Positions 38,483-49,400 of a DNA stretch of 64,000 bases are shown piece after piece. The notes under the pieces were generated by a model. That model was not told the DNA's origin. It did not search any database and saw only the letters and a program-made list of their open reading frames with translations. The first letter of the stretch is position 1. Each line of letters starts with the position of its first letter. Source of the stretch: Lepidodermella squamata (Eukaryota; Animalia; Gastrotricha); assembly GCA_047495785.1 (NCBI GenBank), contig JBLDXI010000020.1, forward strand, positions 2,294,001 to 2,358,000, read 5' to 3'. The position numbers were made by a program, and so were the translations under genes.

Positions 38483-41178
38483 TTAAAGTTCGTCCAGAAA
38501 TTCCTTTAGAGGCGGGATTTCGGGCCGAAGTCCCTTTCGTTTCCGGGTTTCGGTGACGATTTGCCCTGCTTTCGAGGTCGTATCCATCGGGTCTTCGTCA
38601 ATCACCTGCCAGTGGTCGAAGGCGAGTTGAGGCGACGCCTGGCCGCCCGAGCTCAGTCTCAAGGCCGTCGTGAAGCCAAAAGACTCATTAACAGGTAGAT
38701 AGGCCTTGATGATGAACAAGGGCGTTCCGGCAACCTGAGTTTGCTCAAAAATCTTTCCGCGTCGCTGGTTCAAAACTTTGTAGACGCTTCCGATCGTTGA
38801 ATCAGTGCACTGAATTTCGACCATGTAGATAGGCTCCAGAAGTCTCGGGTTCGCTGTCAGCATTGCGGCTGAGAAGGCCCGCCGCGCGGCTGGGATGATT
38901 TGGCTACCGCCTCGGTGGGCTGGATCAGCATGCAGCTTGGCATCGGTCAAGTCAAAACGAACACCCCGCATAGCCTCGTTTGCCAGGACACCTTCTTTCG
39001 ACGCCCAAGCGAAACCTCCGACTACACTGTCTTTCACTTCCTTCAAATACTGGACACCTTTCGTCACATCGAAAACTATGTTAGGTCCAGTTATGTCGGG
39101 TCCGAAACACCAAAGTCGCCTCGCTTCCGTGATATCGTAGTCGAACCGTTCGTTCAAAAACTTTGCTCGCAATTTGAAGTCCTGATTCGGGTTGACGTCG
39201 CCCTTTTCGATAGCCTCGGCTAAACCTTCGGGCATTGGTAGGGCTTTCACGTACAAACGGTTATGGTTGTTGCCCGATTTCGCGAGGCAGATTCGGCTCG
39301 ATTCACTTGTTACAGTTTCGCGATATGAAACAACAGGCTCCGATATTTTCAAAGGAACTTTGGCGTGATCCTCTTCCAGGTCTTTCAAGCAGATTTCAAG
39401 GTGGAGTTCACCAGCTCCAGCGATGACATGTTGGCCTGTTTCCTCCGTCAAACATTGCACAACAGGGTCGGACTTGGCAAGGCGCTTTAGACCTTCAATG
39501 AGTTTCGGAAGATCGGCCGGGTTTTTGCATTCGACAGCAACGCGTACGACAGGGCTGACACTGAACGCCATCTGCCGCATGTTATGCGCGTCTTTGTACG
39601 TCGAGATTGTCCCGGTCTTTACTAGGTACTTGTCGACCCCGATCAGAGCGCAGATGTTACCGCAGGGGACATCGTCCATCGACTCGACATGACGCCCGAC
39701 CATCAAGCATACACCCTGAATTCTTCGCTCGTACAAGTCATCCTTGTAGCCGGGTTTGTAGTTCGGCCCCATGATTCGCACCTCAGAAGGCCTGACAGTT
39801 CCGGAGAAAACACGGCCGAAAGCGTAGAATCGGCCACCATCGGCTGATGACGGTACCATTTTGGAAACATACATCATCAAAGGCGCCTCGGGGTCGCAAT
39901 TCCGAATACCCATTGCAGCTTCATCGTCATTGGGCCCCTCGTACAAAATTTCCATTCGGTAACGTTGGGCAGTTACCGGAGAAGGTAAATGAACCGTGAT
40001 CAAATTCAGCAACGCTTCGCCAGCTGGAATCCAGTGCCGCATTATCTCTTTCAGCAGCTCCTTAGTCGTCTGTTCGTCCTCACTTTTCCGAAGTTTCACG
40101 CCCAGTTTTTCCGCGAGTTTCAATACTTCCTCTTTCGACTTTTTCATGCAAGTTTCAAACACCTGGTAGATGGGCTCTAGAACGAACATGCAGAAGCCAC
40201 GTTTGCAGTCTTCACCCCGTTCGGTTGTCCATTTCTTCGTCTTTGTGTTGTAGAAATTGTCGCCCCAGAAACGGCGCATCAGAACTTCCGGCGAAATGTT
40301 GAACTTGCTTGCGTACATCTCCGCGAAATCCCTCAGCGTAAAGCCCCAGCTTTGCAGTGCAGAACCAAAGCCGACGTTACCCTTCACTGGGTCTATTTGC
40401 AAGTCACCCATAGGGCCATCTTCCTCGCCGTAGGTTGAAATAACAACGTTGACATTCTCGATAATTCGAACCAAATTTCGGTACAGAGCTTCGGGTTCCA
40501 GTTGCAAAGTCAATACCGCCAAATCCATTTTGTTCATAAACAGCACGGGCTTGACACGCTCTCGAATAGCTTGGCGCAAAACAGTTTCCGTTTGTACGCA
40601 GACACCTTAACGCCAGAAGATTAATATCGATATTAACATTTTAAGGAAGTTTAATACCTGCTACGCAGTCGACTACAACCAAGGCACCATCAGTGCACCG
40701 CAACGCCGCTGTGACTTCGGAACTGAAGTCGATATGGCCAGGCGAGTCGATCAAGTTAACTAAAAACTCGTTTGAATCGCTGGCTCGTTCTTGCTTTATG
40801 CAGGACAATTGCTCCTCGCTGAGACGGTAGAAGAGCGAGACTCCGGTCGACTTGATCGTTATGCATCGATCTTGTTCGTCGTCGCGGGTATCGGTGACGC
40901 GCATATTGCCAGCGCTACCCTCGGCTATCAAACCTGATTGATAACGTAAAGAAGTAAAGAAATTAAAGAATTAAAGATATAAAGAAAGACCTGCTCTTGC
41001 TAACAGAGAGTCAGTCAGGGTTGATTTTCCGTGGTCAACATGGGCGATCACAGAGATGTTCCGGATGTTCTCCGGTCGGCTCATAGCCCGGCGTTTTTCG
41101 CTTACGGACAGTTTCATCTGGTTCAAATAAATGAGGTAATCACAAAGTAAAAGATAAACAATAAAGCAGTATTACCAT
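38483..41178 (-). CDS. EEF2: Eukaryotic elongation factor 2, divergent copy (exons 41178-41176, 41117-40991, 40933-40658, 40605-38483)
   Basis: [71 protein letters not shown], diphthamide loop HADPAHRGG. An intron directly follows the first ATG. The frame is open throughout. Confidence 0.95.
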
Positions 41179-41272
41179 ATTAGATTCTTGTTGAAGTCTA
41201 AGAAATTTTAGAATAAAAAGCGCTTATCAGCGCACCTGTGTTTAAGTTTCTGAGCTTGCAGGCATAAATTGC

Positions 41273-41308
41273 CAATGAAAATTTCCGCTCTTCTGTGCTG
41301 CTTATATA
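41273..41308 (-). promoter_or_regulatory. TATA box plus initiator upstream of the eEF2 copy
   Basis: TATATAAG at 41308-41301 and an Inr-like TCATTG at 41278-41273, about 32 nt from the TATA start to the Inr A. Confidence 0.55.
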
Positions 41309-42845
41309 GCCTCTGCTAGTGGGTGTGGGTTTGACACGCATTTCGCACGTGGACACAAAGCCAGCGTTTTTTCATCGCGCTGTGCCGGCGCATTTATCAT
41401 GTACTCTATTTTATCCGTTATACATTTAGCCGAAATTGCATCATCTATGATTCATCGGCGCCGCGATATAAATGCAGCACGTTGACGCTTAAGGAACCGC
41501 CGCAAAAGTTGGCATCTCGCATGAATAATTATTGTTCTGAGAAGCGAATGCTCCGAGGCATAAAAAACGATGATAACGTGTTCGTATTAAAATTTATGGC
41601 GTTCGTTCTCAGGTGCTTCAAAGATACATCAGTTATGACTCATAGAAGATGAATGGTGAATCACGCTTTGAGCTTGAGACGATTCCTTTCTGAAGTCTCC
41701 CGTTCTTCCGGTTTTGCTTTTTTCATAGTTGAATACTCTGAGCTGAAATTAAAATATTTCGCCAAGCGCGCAAAAGTGCTCATACCGCCAAAAATGACTT
41801 GTTGACGGATTCGTAATCTACTCATCGCGATTTGCAATAATTTGAAAACCCGGTTTCAGCATTCATCAGGGATCAAAAGAGCTATGTCCACTGGGATCGT
41901 CGTTTAACGAGGTCAATTTTCGCGGCCCAAGTCCACAGCATGCGGAGTTATGTCCACACACAAAAATAGATGTGTCGTAAAAATTATTGGTATTTTTTGC
42001 AATTACTCATATCAGTATTCACAGGTGAATGATTCATAGCTAATACACACCGATAAGCGCGAATTTGCCCCATTCATAAACCGCCTTGGCACTTCACAAA
42101 TTAGCTCAAAATTTGCAAACGGTTTCATCAGGCTCCAAAACGATAAAAAATAAAAATTGAAAATCCGAGCATTGAATTTTTCGGAGCCGCAACGAATCGA
42201 ACCCGAGGCGTCCACAAACCGCATGCGAAAAACCAATAATTCCATGTCCGTTTTTACCTGTAGCGCTAAAAGTAAAAATTCTAGGTAAGTTCGGCAGTTT
42301 GCGATTGAGGAGCTCAAACTTTGCAAATGGATTCTTTCTTTTTATATTTTCATTTTACGCACAAGAGGTTCCAATTTCGATATTACGTACTAGAGGCCAG
42401 AGTTTAATGAGCCATTCAAAATTATCCATGCATGGATTTGTAGCTGTCCACATGCAACTTCTACTTGAAAAAAAAATAAAAAATCCTATGGAAAATCAGC
42501 CGAAAAGAAAAAATTAAGGAAAAAGGGACAGACACCTGAATGGCAGACTCGATGAGGAAACCTAGGCAGTTACCTATATTCAAGGGAAGGTTCCTACCGC
42601 CACTCATCGTTCGAGATATGGATTTTGTAAGCGGACCTTGCTTGTTGAAGGAGCACATAGCAACTTGCAACGGTTTTACGATACTCCCTTCAACTCGATT
42701 ACTCATTCGAATGGCGTTTATGCATTGCATGGATGTATGGATGTTTTGAATGATGACCTGGCCTGAACTGACTTCGATTCTCTGCACGAAACATTTTAGA
42801 AATGCACCTTTTCCACGTCGAGCTCTCAACTATGGGATTATGCTC

Positions 42846-42847
42846 AA

Positions 42848-42878
<31 letters not shown>

Positions 42879-42880
42879 AT
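42846..42880 (+). repeat. (AATA)n microsatellite, possibly the tail of a decayed LINE
   Basis: About 8 AATA units. Confidence 0.8.
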
Positions 42881-43784
42881 TGCGTAATTGAAACCTTCTG
42901 CAAATTAACTGACAGTTGTATGCGAGACCTGTAGCTGAATAACATAAATCCAACCGGATAATCAGCCTCTCGGAATGTATTTTCAACATCAACAGATGCG
43001 AAATGGCGGCGGTGAAAAAAACAACGCAAATACCAAGTAACCGAGTTTTATTGTTCAGTTATCATCACTGAATCGAACATCAAGGTGACACATGAAGAGG
43101 AGCTGGAAAAAATTTGACAAAATTGTCTGCAAACAATCGCATGTCTTGAAATTAATTTTACAAAATTTCCGCCGCGGCAACTCAGATGCTGTTTAACAGG
43201 TTCTGGAAATGATCTCATGACTGTGCCGCGCGTGTGTATGTGATGTGGGATGCGATTCACCTAAGCAACGCAGGGACAGCCCAGCTCGGGAACGGTACAG
43301 CAAACGGCTCACTCAGTTTGCTCCCCCGCCCGTTGTCTGGTACCTCGCACAGCAATGAATGACAATGATTCAACTCAGTCTCAGCACTGCACAGCTACTA
43401 TAGTGCGACACATTGCTCTTAGATAAGATCAATAGTATCATCAAACAGCCCACAGCTACCGGCCAGCATCAGCGCTGCAATTTAGAGCCGGATTGACTGT
43501 ACAAAGGTACACAAACGGACAGGGTTATATAGATTTAAAATCATGGCCTAGACTATCACTATTACTATTATGTATCTTAAGCGACTCAAACGATGCGGTA
43601 CCACTGGATAGTCACCCCCAGCGAATAGAATATCGGTTCATAATTATTATACTTGGTCGGATCTAACTTATTCTGTACACACCTCGTGATTCGAATTTTA
43701 CCGCATAGAATGATGTGAAGCAAAGATTCAGAAGCAGGAGTCAATTTTCAACGTTCAATATCCAAGCATCCGAACGAAGTAAGA

Positions 43785-44465
43785 TCAACGGGATCGGCTG
43801 CGGGATCCGTTACGGCTCGCATCGTCGAATGCGGCTCGCTCACGGCTGCGTGATCGTGACGCTGACCGGCTGTAAACAGCAACATATAGCGTAGGTAACA
43901 ATAGCAGCTGTTATCAGTTATTTACCTCTTGTCGTCATCAAAGCTGCGGCCCTTGGCTGGCGGAGATCGGCTTCGGCTGCGCGATCGGGATCGGCTGCGA
44001 TCACGTCTACGATCGCGGCTACGGCTGCGGCTACGACCACGTCCTCCTCGACCACCGTAGTAGTCATCTTCGCCGTAACGGCCACCCCTTCGTTCGCGGC
44101 CGCCTCGCTCATCACTCCTTCCGCCAACCGGGCGAGGATAGCGAGCCATGGTTACTGGAAATATTGAATATATTATTCTACTAACCAGCACGCAGCAACA
44201 TACCTCTGATTTCGCGACCATCGATATTTTTGCCGTCCATTCGATCCATGGCGTCTTCAGCGTCATGCCTGTTGTTGTAACGAACGAACGCAAAACCTCG
44301 GCTTTCACGGGAGCGAGGGTCACGAGGGATATAAATATCTCCGACGCGCCCATACTTTTCGAAGTATCGCAAGAGCTCCTCGGAAGTTGTTCTGTAGGAG
44401 ATGTTGTCAACCTTCAGAGAAACCATGCGGTCAACATCGCGCGGAGGGGGTCCAGAACTTCCCAT
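43785..44465 (-). CDS. SRSF2: Serine/arginine-rich splicing factor 2 (SC35) (exons 44465-44204, 44154-43926, 43869-43785)
   Basis: [52 protein letters not shown], followed by an RS domain. Confidence 0.95.
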
Positions 44466-44890
44466 CGTAAGCTAGTACTAGAAATTAAGACCTACTGAAA
44501 AGGGATGAATACATTTTAATAATCTGTAAAAAGCGGCGCCCGAAACCCGGCACAAGGCACAACCCTCATGACGCGCTAAACACCAGCTTCCCACTTCCCA
44601 AACATTCTTCGTTACTATATTAGCAGTGCAAATTTGTAGGTTAAACCTCGGACGTGCTGAAATGCGTTGGTGTCAAATGCAATAATTTGTGAAACACCTG
44701 AAAGCTGCTGAAGACATTGTGGTTGGTGGTTTGGACTCAGGTTCCAGAAAAAAATCACGCGAACTATAAAACGGAGCTGAAGATTTTCTGGCCCACGTCA
44801 TATGGCCGACTTTGTTTGACATTTATATTGTTTTATTATTGATAAGGGAATTAAGCATTAAATTTATAAAATGCTCATAATTACTTTATT

Positions 44891-44906
44891 TTTGAATTTG
44901 CCGCGC
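44891..44906. promoter_or_regulatory. Adjacent CHR (TTTGAA) and E2F/CDE-like (TTTGCCGCGC) motif in the divergent SRSF2/CKAP5 promoter region
   Basis: The sequence TTTGAATTTGCCGCGC lies upstream of a mitotic gene. Confidence 0.4.
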
Positions 44907-46428
44907 AATTTGTTTGCCCGCGAATCAATCATCGGATGTAGTGTAAAAGCCTGTCTTTTTTGGAGGGGGATGTAGCGAAGAGACGAAGGAGAAGGGCGTA
45001 TGGTCTACCGCCAGTCACACTGAAAGATGGTTAATACCTAAATTGCTAATCTAGCGTCCTTTCGAGCAAAATGGGCATGCGTTGCTTCATCCTTTTCGCT
45101 GGGATATTCTTCATTGATCAGCATTGTACCGAAAACCGAAAGCCCTGAAATTACCCATCGAAATCAATAATTTCCGCAATATCCTGTGTTTCAAGTATAA
45201 TCATGTCTCGCCATAATTGCACATTACGAAAGATACTTACATGAATTTGCATAGGTATCGTACTAAATTCAAGTCATCAGTGCTCGGTACCAATCGTTTT
45301 CATCAACGGAGCACGAAGCTTTTTCGCCAAAGCTGAATTATCTTATAATTCAAGTCGCTCTTTAACTGAAGCCCGAAATCTCATGACCCTAATGTTGCCT
45401 TTTTCATAGTGTAGTTAGTGATCGAGAAAATAGTTTCTTTGTGGTGTTCTTCTATCAACGATTAATAATACATATCATGTGATCCATCTTTGTACTTGCA
45501 GTGTTTAATTATAATATGGGCCTTGCTGCATCCCAAGCTCCTTGTTCTTTGTATTCTTTGTTGAATTAGAATTAGCGCAGCATTCATGTAACATTGATGC
45601 TACAAGTAGTTAGTAATTTGGTTGATATCTATCAAACTGAGCTTCTTGAAACCATGCCTCCGAAAGGTTCAGGAATTTCACTTGAAAAACTATAATAAGG
45701 ATCTTTTTGCTAGTTTTTGCTAGTTTTTTTTACATGAGTTTTGCTCAGTTTATTAATATATGCGATCTCTTTGCTGTGTGTTTTTGTGTTAATTCTTGGC
45801 GGAGAGAATCCTGCTTTAGTTCTATATTGCGCATTTACTTGAATCTTCTCACTGTAACTTCAGTTTACCCTTTGAGCTTCACCAGTTTAGCTGAGCTATT
45901 TTGAGTCCTAATTTTCCCGTTTCTCCAAATTCATTAGTAGTGATTATTTCTATTTGTGACAAAAGTCAGTGGGTTATCACTCCGCAATTTATTCAGAAAA
46001 CTCCATCCGGCTCTCCAGCAGCATATCTTCCGTAAGATATTTTATTTCCCAAGCTTATTTGGTAAGATATTGAGCTGCATGTTTAAACGTAGTAATTTAT
46101 ATATCTGAAAGATCCAGAATTATGATAATTCCCGTTTGCATCGTGATTACTTGAAGCGGTGATGTTCTTATAATCTCATTGTTCACTTCCATCCTATTTA
46201 CAGAAATGATCAATATTATATATCAGATCACTTCTTCTGCTCTATTCATTAAGCTGATTTAGATATCTTTTTGCGGTAAATTGATGACACTATGCTATCG
46301 AGGTTTAGCTTTTGAGTAATATTAGCCCATGATTACATGCATGCTCATCGATTTTGTTGTTTACGTGATACTATACAATCCAAAGTAACTTAACTGATAT
46401 AATTATGTCTGCTAGATAGTTTTCAATA

Positions 46429-49400
46429 ATGGGTGACGAGGATGACTGGGCTAAACTTCCCAGCGATCAGAAAGTTGCACATAAGGTAATCTTTGCATTA
46501 TTACACAATGAAGTATTTGATCATTGGAATATTGTAATCAGAACTGGAAAGCTCGCGTAGCTGGTTACACTGAACTGCAGAAACTTTTCAATGGTCTTGA
46601 CGAGAAGAGTCCTGAATTTCAAAAGTACGGACCTCAGCTCAAAGGCTTTATTGCCGATTCCAATGCTGCTGCCCAAGAAAAAGGCGTCGATGCCGCCGTT
46701 GCTTTTCTCAACAATGCAGCTCAGACAATCGTGGCAAAATGCGCACAAGAAGTTGCTGGAGCCGCGATTACCAAAGGCCTGGCTGCGACTAAACCCAAAA
46801 CTAAAGAGCAGTCACAAGAGATTGTCATGTTATTGATTGAACGAGAAAAGCACGAATTGGTTATGGTTAGTTTCTGGTTATGAGTTTTTGTACATTTAAT
46901 CGATATTTGTCATTTTCATAGGAGGAATTAATGACGGCACTCGAGAACAAACAGCCGAAATTCGTCGCCACTTGCGCTACAGTCCTCAGGGACGCGCTGA
47001 AAAGCTTCGGCCCGAAAATTATCAACATTAAAACCGTGCTGAAAACAGCGCCTCGCCTACTTGAAGACCGCGATCCCACTGTTCGAGATGCTGGAAAACA
47101 GCTGATTCTTGAGATGGTAATGTGGGTAGGCCGGGCAGCGATAAAACCGAATTTAGCCGCCTTAAAACCTGTCCAGCTGCAAGAATTAGACGCGGAATTC
47201 GACAAAATTGAGGCGAATCGTGTGCAGCCAGTCCCGACGCGCTTCACGTTGACAGAACAAAAGAAACGAATGGCGGCTGGTTACGTAGGCGACGCACCTG
47301 CCGCTGCTGGACCAGCCGGCCCCGCGGCGGCGGGCGCGGCGGTCGCGGTCGAAACAAAGCAAATCGACGCGTGGGATTTGGCTGATCCCGAGGAGATCAT
47401 CTCGAAATTTCCGTCAGATTGGCACGAAAAATTAGAGTCGAAAAAGTGGCAAGAGCGTAAAGAAGCGCTTGAACCCTTCGAAAAATTGACTAGCGCTGTT
47501 CGGTTAAAACCGGGTGAATACGGCGATTTACTCCATGCGCTGATTAATGTAGTTAAAAAAGACGCAAATATCGTTGTTGTCCAGCTAGCTGCTAAAATTG
47601 TAACTGGTTTAGCCCTTGGTCTTCGGAAACATTTCTCGCCCTATGCCCACGCGTCGCTAGAAGCGCTACTTGAGCGTTCCAAGGAGAAGAAACAGTCGTT
47701 AACCCAGGCTTTTCGCGAGGGATGTGATGCAATTTTTGTCGCTTGCAATCTCGAGTCGATGGCTGAACACGTTTTGCCGTTTTTGTCCAACAAAACCCCG
47801 GCTGTTCGCATGGAAACAGCCGCGTTCCTCGACCGTTGTTTCACGGCATCGCGGGGTCCGAAATTGTTTGGCAATAAGAAAATCGTTAAATTATACGTTG
47901 CGCCTCTGCTAACCCTGGTCGGTGATCCGATGGGCGAAGTTCGTGAGGCAGCTTTTGAGACCCTGGGTTGTCTCCACGCATTTGCGGGCGAAAAAGCGGT
48001 TGAGCCGCTGCTGGCTGATGTTGATCAGATTCGTTTGACGAAAATTCACGAGGTATCACAGAAAAAACTTGCGGCAGCCACTGCGAATGGGCCGGCCCCT
48101 GCTGCAGCTGCTGCTGCCCCGCCACCTCCTGAACCGGCTAAACCCGCCGCTGCTGCTCCAGCGAAAAAACCAGTTGCCCGACCGGCCACTGCTTCATCAT
48201 CGAACGGAGGTTCAACCTACGGCGATGCAGTTGATGCTGGACCAGTCCCTGCCGTTAAAAAACCCGCGGCGAAATCGGCCCCGGCCGGTGGTCGAAAACC
48301 AGGTAGTAACAAGCCGAAAGTTTTCGAAGAGTCTGAAATTTCGGAAGATGCCGCGATTTTCGAGTGTTCCAACATTTTCGGTGGCGAGGAAATTGTCAAA
48401 CAATTACAGTCGTCGAACTGGAAGGAGCGGCAAGAAGCGGTTGATAAAATGATTAATACTTTGAAGCCGATGTCTGCGGAAAGTATTCCCGTTCAAGCGG
48501 TTATTCGACTGTTGGCTGCTAAAGCTGGGCTTCGAGACAACAATTTGCCAGTTATGAAGCTGAAACTTGATTTGGTCGCTATATTGGCCTCGGAAAAGGT
48601 ATTTATACATTTTATTGTTAAAATGAATTGAAAAATTCAAATTATTTCCACTGCTAAAAGTGAAGGTTTATCACTAAATTTGAGCCTTATAAATCTCAGG
48701 AATTGCATGTTTTGGGTTTTTTGTATTTTCCCGATTTGTTAATTCAAATTTGCCGCATCTTCGTATCGGATCCAGGTCTAATGCGGCGTGTCCCAGAAGT
48801 CGCGCAACTATTTTTTTAATGTGGCAACATTTTGTAGGAAATTGAACCAATTTTTGTAAATTAAACCTACCGAGAGAATATTTCATCCGCGATTTAACCG
48901 AAGAATTAGAAATTTACCGGAGTAAACCCGGAAAATCCCGATGGTAACTGGATCGGTAATTATCGGTATTTTACCCAGTTGGACCAAATTTTTCCGGGAT
49001 TTTTTAATTTTATTGACAAGTGACATGCTTTATTACTAGTCTCGTGATATTTTGAATTTTTCTAAAAATTTTCTGGCCCTGAGATGTGACTTCACCTCTC
49101 ATTTTAACGTTTCTGAACGGTTTTCCGTGTATTTTCTTTGCTTGTGTTGCGTTGATATTTATTTTCGAATAACTATTAGGATGAAAGCTGATAATTCGTG
49201 CCTTACTCTTAACTTCGGGTTATAGGTTGTGCGAATCTTGGTCTACCCCAAATTTAATCATCCTATTATTTTTATCAAATATTGAGAATGACCTTTCAGC
49301 GCTATTAAATTCATTTTCTTTCCAGGTCGGAAGTCGTTTCTCGAAAACGTCTGCTTTCGCGTGCCTAAACGATATTATCGACAAAATCGGCGACGCTAAG

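Noticed and set aside
42400-42845. Possible LINE 3' end upstream of the (AATA)n tract
   Set aside because: Only a faint FPRR-like similarity is visible, not enough to call.
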